This document shows, one piece after another, positions 52,485-62,044 of a stretch of DNA of 64,000 nt. This stretch comes from Bradymonadia bacterium (lineage in GTDB: Bacteria; Myxococcota_A; Bradymonadia; UBA7976; UBA1532). A model generated the notes under the pieces. That model was not told the DNA's origin. It ran no database searches and was given only the letters and a program-made list of their open reading frames with translations. How positions within the stretch are numbered: the stretch's first letter is position 1; the number at the start of each line of letters is the position of its first letter. A program made the translations under genes and the position numbers. Where the stretch lies: the NCBI GenBank assembly GCA_046290225.1, contig JBKAGE010000037.1, positions 256,001-320,000 of the forward strand, given 5' to 3'.

Positions 52485-53234
52485 TCAGAACCCGATCTTG
52501 CGCATCACGAATCGCGGCAGGCGCTTGATCACGAACATCACCCACCGCCACATCCCTGGGGTGTAGATCAACGGCTTGCCTTTGGTGATCGCCTTGATCA
52601 CGTCGTTGGCCACCTGCTCCGGCTCCCCTGCGAAGGGGGGCGGTGAGAGCCCCGCCGTCATCCCCGTCTTCACGAAGCCCGGCTTCACGCAAATCGTGTT
52701 CAGCCCATCAGCGCGGTGCTTGTGGTCGAGAGACTCGAGGTAGTGGCTCAGCCCCGCCTTGGTGCTGCCGTACAGCGCCACGGGCTTGCGACCGCGATCA
52801 CCGGCCACCGAGGAGAACACACACAATGTACCCCCACCGGGGTTGCTCAACAGATGGCGGCGCGCCAGCTCGCAAAACTCCACCGTGCCCGTGAAGTTCA
52901 CGAAGAGCATCTTGCGGCGCAGCGCCTCGTCGGCTTCGAGGGCGTCCTGGGTGCCGAACATGGCTGCCGTGATCACCACCGTGTCGAGACCCCCCATCTG
53001 CTCGATGGCGGACTCGAGGGCCGGGGCCAGGGTGTCGAAGTCATTGAGATCACAGTGAGCCGTGAACACGTCCCCGTCGCCGGCTCGGGCCCGGAGATCA
53101 GTGGCGCTCTTCTCCAGCTCTTCGGGGCGGCGACCCAGAATGCACAGCGTGTCGCCACGGGCGGCCATCTTGCGGGAGAGCGCGCGGCCCATGCCCCCCG
53201 TGGCGCCGAGGAACGCCACCTTCAGCCCGCTCAT
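52485..53234 (-). CDS. SDR oxidoreductase, DprE2-like
   Basis: GATGGMG, SSVAGDRGR, YGSTKAG, KPGFVKTGMT; overlaps the DprE1-like gene. Confidence 0.88.
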   Translation of the reverse strand: MSGLKVAFLGATGGMGRALSRKMAARGDTLCILGRRPEELEKSATDLRARAGDGDVFTAHCDLNDFDTLAPALESAIEQMGGLDTVVITAAMFGTQDALEADEALRRKMLFVNFTGTVEFCELARRHLLSNPGGGTLCVFSSVAGDRGRKPVALYGSTKAGLSHYLESLDHKHRADGLNTICVKPGFVKTGMTAGLSPPPFAGEPEQVANDVIKAITKGKPLIYTPGMWRWVMFVIKRLPRFVMRKIGF

Positions 53235-54586
53235 GAGACCTCCTCGTCGATCAAGCGTCGGGCCATGGCGCTGCTCAGGCGGCCTTCAGGATCCCAGGTG
53301 CGGCGGATCGCGTTGAACTGCTTCAGGTTCGGGTACATGGCTTGGAAATGCTCGCGGCGGGTGAAGGCGTCTTTCGCCAGATAGATGCGACCGTCGTGCT
53401 TGAGCACGTACTCGTTCAGGGCGTCCACGAGGGCCTGAGTCTTTGCCCGCACTGGGATGTCGAGGGCGATCGACGTACCCCGCTTGGGGAACGACATCAG
53501 CCCTTCACCTGCGGGGCCGCAGTCTTTGAACACCGTCACGAACGACGCCCCGCCCATCTTCTGGAACAGCTCGAGGAACTCCCGGAACAGCTTCGCGTCG
53601 GTGGGCATCACGCATTGATACTGGGTGAAGCCCTTGGGGCCATACCCCTTGTTCCACTTCGAGATGGCGTCGAGGGGGTAGAAGTAGCCCTGTGGGTGGG
53701 CGATGTGTTTGACGTGCTTGCTGCCGTGCTTGGTGTACCAGGCGGTGTTGGCCAGCCCCAGGGTGAAGTTGCTCACTAGGCCGTGGGGCATGGTGAAGGG
53801 CACGGCGATCTCGAACTTCTCCGGGGGCATGGCGGGTTTGCCGGCGGCCTCTTCTTTCGTGGCCCATCGGCCGGCCATCACGATGCCCCGGCCGAGCTTC
53901 TTGCCCTTGCTCGAAGTGTCGATCCAGGCCACCGTCATGGGCCACTCTTTGCTCGTCGTGCCCAGACGCTCAAGGACCTGCTCGATGTCGGGCAAGCGCT
54001 CGCTCTCTTCGTAGATCCAGGGGCTGCTGATGGCCTCGAGCTGGAACTCCACCTCGAGGATGTGGCCCGTGAGGCCCATGCCGCCGAGGGTGGCCACGAA
54101 GAGCTCAGGCTCGCTCTCCCGCGTCACCTCGAGGATGCGCCCGTCGGCCACCCGCATCCGCAGCGCGCTCACGTGCCGACCGAAGGTGCCCGCCACGTGG
54201 TGGTTCTTTCCGTGTACGTCACTGGCCACCATGCCGCCGAGGGTGACGAACTGCGTGCCCGTGGTCACCGGCGTGAACCAGCCATGGGGCATGGTGATGC
54301 GGTTGAGGGTGTGGAGCGACAGACCCGCCTCCGCCCGGAAACGCCCTGTCTCCGTGTTGAAGCACAGCACCCGATCGGCGAGGGGCGTGATCGCCACCAC
54401 GCCATCGCTCGATCCGGGCAGCGCTGCGTCGCCGTAGGCCCTGCCGAGGCCACGACAGAGGGTGGCGCCATCGGTGATGGCGGGCAGATTCTCAGATTCG
54501 AGGGCTGGAGCTTCTACCCGTGGGTAGCGGCCCCAGCCTTCCAGGATCTGAGCGGCGGGCTTCGGTGGGGTGGGCCGGCTGTTCAT
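53231..54586 (-). CDS. FAD-binding oxidoreductase, DprE1-like
   Basis: RGLGRAYGD, TLGGMVASDVHGKNHH, GGMGLTG, FTQYQ, GRIYLAKD. Confidence 0.9.
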   Translation of the reverse strand: MNSRPTPPKPAAQILEGWGRYPRVEAPALESENLPAITDGATLCRGLGRAYGDAALPGSSDGVVAITPLADRVLCFNTETGRFRAEAGLSLHTLNRITMPHGWFTPVTTGTQFVTLGGMVASDVHGKNHHVAGTFGRHVSALRMRVADGRILEVTRESEPELFVATLGGMGLTGHILEVEFQLEAISSPWIYEESERLPDIEQVLERLGTTSKEWPMTVAWIDTSSKGKKLGRGIVMAGRWATKEEAAGKPAMPPEKFEIAVPFTMPHGLVSNFTLGLANTAWYTKHGSKHVKHIAHPQGYFYPLDAISKWNKGYGPKGFTQYQCVMPTDAKLFREFLELFQKMGGASFVTVFKDCGPAGEGLMSFPKRGTSIALDIPVRAKTQALVDALNEYVLKHDGRIYLAKDAFTRREHFQAMYPNLKQFNAIRRTWDPEGRLSSAMARRLIDEEVS

Positions 54587-54769
54587 GGCGTGAATATGAC
54601 GATGGGGGGGGTCGAGTTCAAGCTTCAAGGTCTGGGTACAGGCCGCCGAAAGACCAGTGCGACACACCCCGTATCGGGGGATGATGACGACATCCTCTTG
54701 TAAAGCGTTGCATCTTCATCTATCCCCCCGCCATCAAAGTCGAAGCACAGGCCAGAGGCAGAGGAACAC

Positions 54770-55144
54770 ATGGCGTACGACTACACCTTCAAGGGCACTC
54801 TCCAGTTCCCCACCCCGGAGCTGCTGACGTCCAACCTCGAGCAGCTCAAGGAGCAGCTCGAAGACGAAGACGAAAATGTGCAGGAGCTTGCTGCAGAAGA
54901 ATGGGAAAACTGGTTCAGCATCGACGAAGAGGACACAGTCACCCTCAACGTCATCATCGAGGCCCACGGCCCCGGTGACTGGTGGTTCGTGCTCGAGGGC
55001 CTCATCGAGAGCCTCGTAGAAGAGGCCGAGGATGGCCACATCGACGCCCACCACGAGTCTGGTGACACCACCACCCGCTATCACGCCGGCGGTGAGACCT
55101 CGGAGCTCGACGAAGAAGAGCTCGAAGACGACGAAGACGAATGA
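54770..55144 (+). CDS. Small highly acidic hypothetical protein
   Basis: GAGGA RBS; 124 aa with about 40 Asp/Glu and 3 Lys/Arg by manual count. Confidence 0.75.
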   Translation: MAYDYTFKGTLQFPTPELLTSNLEQLKEQLEDEDENVQELAAEEWENWFSIDEEDTVTLNVIIEAHGPGDWWFVLEGLIESLVEEAEDGHIDAHHESGDTTTRYHAGGETSELDEEELEDDEDE

Positions 55145-55160
55145 GGTGATCGGGGGCGGC

Positions 55161-55808
55161 TCAGACCGCTGCTGGGGCAGCTCCAGCGCTCGAATTGCCC
55201 TGGGGGCGGGTGTTCTGACGCGCTTGCTCACGCGCCTCGGCGTCGAGCTTTGCCTCGGCGAGGGCCACGCCGGCCTTCATGGCCGCCCTCGCCGCCCGAC
55301 GCGCCTTGACCGCGAGCCGACGCTCGCGATCTCGCTTCTCCCGCTCAGTCCCCACATAGGGCTTGCGGGTCCCCATGATGTGATCAAACCAGGGTTTGGT
55401 GACACACCAGTTGGCTTCCTGATCGGGGGCCATGTGGTGATCGTAGTGCCACGGCAGGTTCTCCCGGGCCCAGTCTTCGTCGAGGTGCGCCTTGCGGTGC
55501 ACGTAGTGGTAGCGAAAGGCGCTGTAGACCAGCGTGCTCACGAAGAACGGGGCGATGGGGAACAAGGGCAGGTGCGTCGAGGTGAGCAGCGCCAGGCTCA
55601 ACGCCTCTTTGCCCTGTGAGTGCCAGCCGAAGAGCGATCGCTGGTAGCCGGGATCGATGTGATCGTTCCGCCGGGCGGCCTTGTGATGATCGTGCCAGTG
55701 AAAGTTGAAGAAGTGTCCCTTCTTCTTCCCTGCACCGTGGAGGACGTGCTTGTGAATCGCCCACTCTGCGGCGTTGGCATAGAGCAGGCCGATGGGGATG
55801 CCGATCAT
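55161..55808 (-). CDS. Fatty acid hydroxylase/sterol desaturase superfamily protein
   Basis: His boxes HKHVLH, HWHDHH, HYVHRKAH, HYDHH; AGGAGG before the ATG at 55808. Confidence 0.82.
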   Translation of the reverse strand: MIGIPIGLLYANAAEWAIHKHVLHGAGKKKGHFFNFHWHDHHKAARRNDHIDPGYQRSLFGWHSQGKEALSLALLTSTHLPLFPIAPFFVSTLVYSAFRYHYVHRKAHLDEDWARENLPWHYDHHMAPDQEANWCVTKPWFDHIMGTRKPYVGTEREKRDRERRLAVKARRAARAAMKAGVALAEAKLDAEAREQARQNTRPQGNSSAGAAPAAV

Positions 55809-55897
55809 GGGTGCCTCCTGTGAAGTGTCGGTGCGCAGTGTTTCATTTGCGTAGAGCCCACGATCTGAGCAGACTCCATGTTCACGGCCACCAATTG

Positions 55898-55977
55898 GTG
55901 ACCACGCAGTCACACTATCTTAAAAAGAGGTCGGTCTTGTCCAGCGACCACTCAACAAAAAATGACCAGGCGGTCAC
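55898..55977. promoter_or_regulatory. Two TGAC-N6-GTCA palindromes, candidate TetR operators
   Basis: GTGACcacgcaGTCAC (55898-55913) and TGACCaggcGGTCA (55963-55976) between the divergent desaturase-like and TetR genes. Confidence 0.55.
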
Positions 55978-56008
55978 AAATGACCCACTCAAGCCCCAAC
56001 CTCCACGG

Positions 56009-56665
56009 GTGCCTGAGCAGCGCCCGGGTCCCGAGGGGGGGCGCCGGGCCCGAAACCGTCAATTGAAGACCGAGGCCTTGTGTCACGCGGCCCTCGAGCT
56101 GTTCCTCAAGAGCGGGATCGAGAGCGTCACCATCGAGCAGATCGCCAGCAATGCGGGGGTGGCCAAGGGCAGCTTCTATCGCTACTTCAAGGACAAGACC
56201 GAGCTGGTGGAGACCCTGCTGCGATCGCTCCAGAGCGCCTTCACCGAAGCCATGAACCAGTGCCGCCAGGATCTCGAGCAGGTGGAGAATCGGATACAGC
56301 TCTTCGAGGCCTATCGCACCCTGGGGCAGACCCTCGCAGAGCCGATGATCACCCAAGCGGGCTTGGTGCAGCTCTACCTGCAAGAGAGCCGCGCCCCTGG
56401 CGTGGGCGCCCGGGCGCCGGTCCGCACCCTGGCCCTCGAGATCGGCCGTCAGGCCATCGAGCTGGGTTGGGTGGCCCACGATCGCGGGCTGCTGCGTCCC
56501 ATCGATCCCCGGGTGGCAGCCCTCACCGTGGTAGGCGCCGTGGAGCGCCTGCTCTTCGGGTTCCTCGCAGGCGAAGATGTGGGACCACCGCTCGCCGCTC
56601 CAGAGGCCCTCGTGTCCATCATCCTCGACGGCTTGAACCTCCGAGGGGTAGATTCCGGGTCATGA
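56009..56665 (+). CDS. TetR/AcrR family transcriptional regulator (start uncertain; ORF open from 55811)
   Basis: AALELF...TIEQIASNAGVAKGSFYRYFKDK HTH. Confidence 0.92.
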   Translation: MPEQRPGPEGGRRARNRQLKTEALCHAALELFLKSGIESVTIEQIASNAGVAKGSFYRYFKDKTELVETLLRSLQSAFTEAMNQCRQDLEQVENRIQLFEAYRTLGQTLAEPMITQAGLVQLYLQESRAPGVGARAPVRTLALEIGRQAIELGWVAHDRGLLRPIDPRVAALTVVGAVERLLFGFLAGEDVGPPLAAPEALVSIILDGLNLRGVDSGS

Positions 56666-57816
56666 CCCGCGCCGTCGAGAGAGAGCTCGAGCACTTCATC
56701 CCGATCCCCCGAGCCCGGATCGTCGACGAGCTGTGCGCTCGGGACGATCTGTCCGAGGGCGAGCGCCGCGCCTTCGCCCAGTTCACGCGCATCGTCACTC
56801 AGCTGACCCACTACCAGTTCCACCACACACGAGAGCGACTCAAAGATCGCTACCTGCCCCTGGCCCCCGAGGGTGACTTGCTGGTGGAGCGCTTCGACGA
56901 GCCCGCGGTACGTCAGGCCCGAGAGGCAGAGTTCCTCGAGACCCTCGACCGGCTCTTGATTCAGGCCAACTACGTGCACCTCGAGGGTGAGGCTCTCGAT
57001 CGCATCTTCTCGTTGCCTTCACCCTTCCGCGTGCAGCTGAAGGTGAGCCTCAAAGAGTACGAAGTGCTCAAGGTCTACTATCGAGGCCAGGGGGAAGAGG
57101 TCGAACGCACCCGCAGCTGGCGCACATTTTTCCGAGTGAACGAGCGTCGATATGCCGTCTTCTCCCGTGTGGCCCTCGTGGTCCGCGAGAAGGGTGAAGA
57201 TCGGTTGCTGCTCAAGCTCTTCACCGACGTGCCTCAGGCGGGTCTCGAGATGCTGATGCCCCGTACCAGGGTGAGCATCGCCAAATCGGATCGCTGGCAA
57301 CTGCTGATCCTGGTGCTCAGCATCGCCGCCGGTGGCTTCGGGGTGGTGCAGGCCCTGCTCAACGGCATCAAATCGGTGCTGTTCCTGGCGCTGATCCTGG
57401 GTTTGTGGGCCTTCAAGGTCGCCGTGGGCATTCGCGTGGCCCGGGATCGCTTCACAGCATTCCTCGTGAAGAAACTCTACTACGCCAACCTCACCAACAA
57501 CCTCGGGGTGATCCACGAGCTGATCGACCTCGCTGAAGAGGAAGAGGTGAAGGAGACGATCCTGGCGTACTACTTCCTACGTCAGGCGGGGGGTCGACTC
57601 GACGAGCAAACCCTCGATGAGCGGGTGGAGGCGTACCTGTTCGACACCTTCGGCGCGCGCTGTGACTTCGAGGTGGATGACGGGGTGCGCAAGCTGGTGG
57701 ATCTGGGTTTGGTCGAGACTCAGGGCGACACGCTGGTGAGCGTGCACCCGCTGGAAGCCTGCCGCGCTCTGGACGCCCGATGGGACGGTATCTTCGTGGG
57801 CCCGGGGCAGACCTGA
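56662..57816 (+). CDS. DUF3754/TMEM143-like membrane protein
   Basis: EHFIP, LKLFTDVP..GLEMLMP, two TM helices, NNLGV, AEEEEVKETILAY, DFEVDDG; ATGA overlap with TetR. Confidence 0.82.
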   Translation: MTRAVERELEHFIPIPRARIVDELCARDDLSEGERRAFAQFTRIVTQLTHYQFHHTRERLKDRYLPLAPEGDLLVERFDEPAVRQAREAEFLETLDRLLIQANYVHLEGEALDRIFSLPSPFRVQLKVSLKEYEVLKVYYRGQGEEVERTRSWRTFFRVNERRYAVFSRVALVVREKGEDRLLLKLFTDVPQAGLEMLMPRTRVSIAKSDRWQLLILVLSIAAGGFGVVQALLNGIKSVLFLALILGLWAFKVAVGIRVARDRFTAFLVKKLYYANLTNNLGVIHELIDLAEEEEVKETILAYYFLRQAGGRLDEQTLDERVEAYLFDTFGARCDFEVDDGVRKLVDLGLVETQGDTLVSVHPLEACRALDARWDGIFVGPGQT

Positions 57817-57822
57817 ATCTCT

Positions 57823-59820
57823 CTACAGCTGCTGCACGGCGTTGAGGTAATCACCGATCTGCGCCTCGAGTCGGGCGGTGCGGGTGGCCAGCTCGTCGGC
57901 TGCAGATTCTACAGCACGGGCCTCCCGGCTCGACGTATCAGCGCCTTCTTCCACCGATACGATGGCCTCACCCACCTGCTGGGCGCCATCGCTCACCTGA
58001 CACATGCTGGCGGTGATCTCCCGAGTGGAGACGGCCTGCTCTTCTACGGTGCTGGCGATGGCGCTGGCAGCCTCGGTGGCCATACGCACGGCGTCGGTGA
58101 TCTCGTCGATGGCGGCCACCATGTGCCGCACCTCACCCTGCACCTCGTCGATCTGACGGGAGATGTCCTCGGTGGCCTTGGCGGTCTGGTTGGCGAGGTT
58201 CTTCACCTCGTCGGCCACCACGGCAAAGCCCTTACCTGCTTCACCGGCCCGGGCAGCCTCGATGGTGGCGTTGAGGGCCAACAGGTTCGTCTGATCGGCG
58301 ATCTCGTTGATGAGATCGGTGAATTGCCCGATGCGCTCGGTGGAGCTGGCGAGGGCAGCGATGACCTCGGTGGTGCTGTTGGCCTTACCCTCGGCGGTCT
58401 GGCACACAGCCTGGGACTCCTGTACCCGGGCGCTGATGTCTTCTACAGCGGAGGCGAGCTGCTGTGCCGCTGCGGCCACGGCGCCCACGCTCTGCTGAGC
58501 GACATCAGATGCACCCACGGCGCTCTGAGCGCCCTGCCGGGTTTCGTCGGCGATCCGGGTCATGACGGTGGAGTTCTGTCGCAAGCCTTCTGATCCCTGG
58601 CGCAGGGCGTTCATGGTGTCGGTGACCTGATCTCGGAACTGCTTGCTCATCTCGCCGAGGGCCTCGGCGCGCTCTGCCTGCCGCCGACTCTCCGCCGCGC
58701 TCCGGGCGGCGAGCTCTTCCACCTGCATCATGCTGTGCTTGAAGACCTCTACGGTGCGGGCCATGGCGCCCACCTCGTCTGTGCGCTCGGTCCCCGGCAC
58801 GACAGCCTGGAAATGCTTGTTGGCGATCTCACCCATGGCCTCGGTGAGGGCGCTCAGAGGGCCAGTGATGCTCCGGCCGATCCGCCACCCGGCGATGCCG
58901 CCGATGAGCACCACCAGACACGCCAGGGCGATGGTGGTGTAGATGGTGCCCTCCATGTGCTCACCAGCGGTCTGGCCCAGGCTCTTCTGGCTCTGTGCCG
59001 ATGCCGCTTCGAGGGTTTTGATCTGCGTGGCGATGGACTGGCCCGCGCCCTCGAGCGTGCCCTCGATGAGCTCAACTCGGCGCTTCATCATCTGTTCGAA
59101 GGTGTCGAGGGTGGTGAGGTAACCCTGGGCGGCCTTGAAGCCCGCGGCGAGGCTCTTGCGCTGGCCATCGGTCTTGATCGCGTTCTCGAGCAGTCCCTTG
59201 GCCTTGAAGGCCCGTTCGTAGTGGCTGCGGGCCTCCTCGAGGCCATCGCTCTGGCCCACCATGTAGCGCGTCACCTGGCTGCGCCCGCGGGTCCATGACC
59301 GCAGGATGACCACGGCGGGTAGGGCGATGTCGAAGTCCTCGGTATAAACCGCCGCGTCAGTGACCGACTCAAAGTGGCCAAATGCCGTGTCTCCCTGACT
59401 GATGAGGCTCGCTTTGACCTGCTCAAGCTCTCCTGTGAGCTTCACTGCCTCGTCGAAGGTGCTCCGGTAGCCCTCGAGGCCATTGATCAGAGACTTGAGG
59501 TCCGCCTTGATCTGCTCATCCTGGATCATCCCCCGGCTCTGCTCCACCTGCGCCACCGCCTGATCGATGAGCCCATGGGTCATCTCGACACGGGCTGGCG
59601 TGGATTGGATCAGATAGTCCTTCACCTCAGTGCGTGCCGAGAGCAGGTGAGTCTGTACGTGGCTCAAGCCCTTTGAAGCGTCTGCCTGGCCTTGATAGGC
59701 CTCGAAGACGTCGCAAGCCTCGGTGAGACTGATCGTGGCCCAGGCGGCCATGAGCACGGCGAGGGCACTGAGCATGCCAAAGCCGAGGTTCATGCGCTGT
59801 TTGATGTTCAGATGGGTCAT
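57823..59820 (-). CDS. Methyl-accepting chemotaxis protein with periplasmic helical sensor and HAMP
   Basis: Two TM helices; HAMP (ITGPL...RTDEVGAMA); [37 protein letters not shown]. Confidence 0.93.
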   Translation of the reverse strand: MTHLNIKQRMNLGFGMLSALAVLMAAWATISLTEACDVFEAYQGQADASKGLSHVQTHLLSARTEVKDYLIQSTPARVEMTHGLIDQAVAQVEQSRGMIQDEQIKADLKSLINGLEGYRSTFDEAVKLTGELEQVKASLISQGDTAFGHFESVTDAAVYTEDFDIALPAVVILRSWTRGRSQVTRYMVGQSDGLEEARSHYERAFKAKGLLENAIKTDGQRKSLAAGFKAAQGYLTTLDTFEQMMKRRVELIEGTLEGAGQSIATQIKTLEAASAQSQKSLGQTAGEHMEGTIYTTIALACLVVLIGGIAGWRIGRSITGPLSALTEAMGEIANKHFQAVVPGTERTDEVGAMARTVEVFKHSMMQVEELAARSAAESRRQAERAEALGEMSKQFRDQVTDTMNALRQGSEGLRQNSTVMTRIADETRQGAQSAVGASDVAQQSVGAVAAAAQQLASAVEDISARVQESQAVCQTAEGKANSTTEVIAALASSTERIGQFTDLINEIADQTNLLALNATIEAARAGEAGKGFAVVADEVKNLANQTAKATEDISRQIDEVQGEVRHMVAAIDEITDAVRMATEAASAIASTVEEQAVSTREITASMCQVSDGAQQVGEAIVSVEEGADTSSREARAVESAADELATRTARLEAQIGDYLNAVQQL

Positions 59821-60021
59821 GGGGGCTCCTGTATTGCCCGATGAGCAGGGCATTGCGTGCCCATCGGGGTGCGGGCTCTCCGGTCAGGACAGATGTCGTC
59901 CCATGACCACATCGGCATGCAACGCCTCAAAGCTGAGCCGTGGCCATCTGTGGGCCCATTGCACCTGATGCATCTTCCGGTCCACCATGCCCACCGACCA
60001 ACATCACGTGTGGAGCTGAGA

Positions 60022-61992
60022 ATGCGGCGTGTGACCATGCTCTTGGGGGGGTTGGCCCTGGTGGGCTCTTGGGGCTGTGACGATGACGATGGCACTTCGA
60101 CACCTGCATCTGATGCTCTGGCGCCTGATGCCGCCATGGCCGACGCCGATGTGTCGATGCGTGATGCTGATGTGGCTGACAGCTCAGTGCAGGCTGACGC
60201 TGAGCCGGACGCTGAGATCACCCCTGACGCCGCGTGTACCTTCGAGCCCGAAGTCCTCGATGACGTCGAGGCGCCGCCGATCTACACCCCGCGGTGGGCC
60301 TTCAGCCCCTGGATCTCCAAAGACATCTCTGATCGTGACGACACCTTCGCCTTCGTGGCGGGGTTCCGCGAGCGCGACATCCCCGTGGGGGTGGTGGTCC
60401 TCGATTCACCGTGGGAGACCCACTACAACACCTTCGTGCCCAACCCGAGCCGCTACCCCGACTTCGAGCAGATGGTGGCGGACCTGCGCGCAGACGACAT
60501 CCGCACGGTCTTGTGGATCACCCAGATGATCAACTCGGTGAGCCTGGATCTCGAGGTGGGAGGCGATCGCTACATGGGGCCCTCGCCCAACCTCGCCGAG
60601 GCCGAGCTGTGCGATTTTTTGGTGGAAGACGGCGAGGTCTTCACGTGGTGGAAGGGCCGTGGCGCGGGACTCGACTTCTTCAATCCCCAGGCCCGCACAT
60701 GGTGGCATCGTCAGCAAGACGACCTCTACGACATGGGCATTGCTGGCTGGAAGCTGGACTTCGGCGAGCAGTACATCGAAGCGGATCCGATGATGACTGC
60801 TGAAGGGCCACAGAGTCTGCAGGCCTACTCTGAAGCCTACTACGAAGACTTCTACGCCTATGGCGCCTCCCGCCTGGGCACCGACGAGTTCGTCACCATG
60901 GTGCGGCCTTACGACAAGTCGTATCAGTTCGAGGGGCGCTTCTACGCCCGACCAGAGCACGCGCCGGTGGCCTGGGTGGGCGACAACCGCCGCGACTGGG
61001 TGGGCCTCGTCGACGCCCTCGATCACACCTTCCGCTCTGCTCAAGCGGGCTATGTGGTGGTGGGCTCCGACGTGGGTGGCTACCTCGACTTCGAAGATGT
61101 GGGCTTCACCCCCGGCCCACCGGTGCCCTTCATCTGGGAGACCTTTGTCCGCTGGGTGGCCATGGGGGCCATGACGCCCTTCATGCAGCTGCACGGCCGA
61201 GCCAACCTCGAGCCCTGGAACCTGCCCGAGCGCTCTGAAGAGGCACTGGCAGTCTATCGCTACTGGGCCTGGCTACACGAAGCCATGGTGCCCTTCTGGT
61301 ACAGCCTCGCGGAGCAGGCCTATGCGGGCGGTGACAACATCATCCGACCCATCGGCGACACCCCTGAGGCCTGGGCCGATGACTGGCGCTATCAGCTTGG
61401 TGACGCCCTCCTGGTGGCGCCCATCATCGAGCCCGGCGGCGTACGCAATGTAACGCTGCCAGAAGGGGCGCGCTGGATCGACTGGTGGCGCCAGGACGAA
61501 GATCCCCTCGAAGGGGGCCAGACGCTGGCAGACTACGATGCTGCTGATCCACTGGTGATGCCGCTGTTCATCCGCGAAGGGGCCATCATCCCCATGGTGG
61601 TGCGCAACGAGGTGAACGGCCTCGGCGACGGCAGCTCGGCCGATCACTGGACGATGGTGATGTTCCCCGGCACAGAGCTGTCGTCGTTCACGCTCATCGA
61701 AGATGACGAGATGCCCAGCACGATCACCCTCGACCCCAATGGGGATGATCAACGCATCGAGATCTCCCGCAGTCTGAAGCCGCTCCGCCTGCGCGTGCGC
61801 CAGGAGGAAGCCCCTGGCGAGGTGCTCCTCGACGGCGCCCCTCTGGAGCAGGTCGACGGCGCAGGGGTGGGCGATCTGGCAGGGGTGGCCTCTGGCTGGC
61901 TCTACGAAGCGGCGACCCGCTCACTCTGGGTCGAGCTGCCCGCCTCTGAAGATGGCTGGTCGATCACCCTATCCCCAGCCCGCGTCGAGTAG
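60022..61992 (+). CDS. Glycoside hydrolase family 31 lipoprotein
   Basis: Lipobox SWGC; DIPVGVVVLDSPW, GWKLDFGE nucleophile, WVGD acid/base, GSDVGG, LGDALLVAP. Confidence 0.88.
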   Translation: MRRVTMLLGGLALVGSWGCDDDDGTSTPASDALAPDAAMADADVSMRDADVADSSVQADAEPDAEITPDAACTFEPEVLDDVEAPPIYTPRWAFSPWISKDISDRDDTFAFVAGFRERDIPVGVVVLDSPWETHYNTFVPNPSRYPDFEQMVADLRADDIRTVLWITQMINSVSLDLEVGGDRYMGPSPNLAEAELCDFLVEDGEVFTWWKGRGAGLDFFNPQARTWWHRQQDDLYDMGIAGWKLDFGEQYIEADPMMTAEGPQSLQAYSEAYYEDFYAYGASRLGTDEFVTMVRPYDKSYQFEGRFYARPEHAPVAWVGDNRRDWVGLVDALDHTFRSAQAGYVVVGSDVGGYLDFEDVGFTPGPPVPFIWETFVRWVAMGAMTPFMQLHGRANLEPWNLPERSEEALAVYRYWAWLHEAMVPFWYSLAEQAYAGGDNIIRPIGDTPEAWADDWRYQLGDALLVAPIIEPGGVRNVTLPEGARWIDWWRQDEDPLEGGQTLADYDAADPLVMPLFIREGAIIPMVVRNEVNGLGDGSSADHWTMVMFPGTELSSFTLIEDDEMPSTITLDPNGDDQRIEISRSLKPLRLRVRQEEAPGEVLLDGAPLEQVDGAGVGDLAGVASGWLYEAATRSLWVELPASEDGWSITLSPARVE

Positions 61993-62044
61993 AGCTTGGG
62001 GCACCCCACCCTCGACCCGCTGATGGCCGAAGCGTGGCGCTGGC

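Noticed and set aside
56080..56661. Apparent N-terminal extension of the DUF3754 ORF
   Set aside because: Out-of-frame overlap with TetR; the ATGA junction at 56662 is the natural start.
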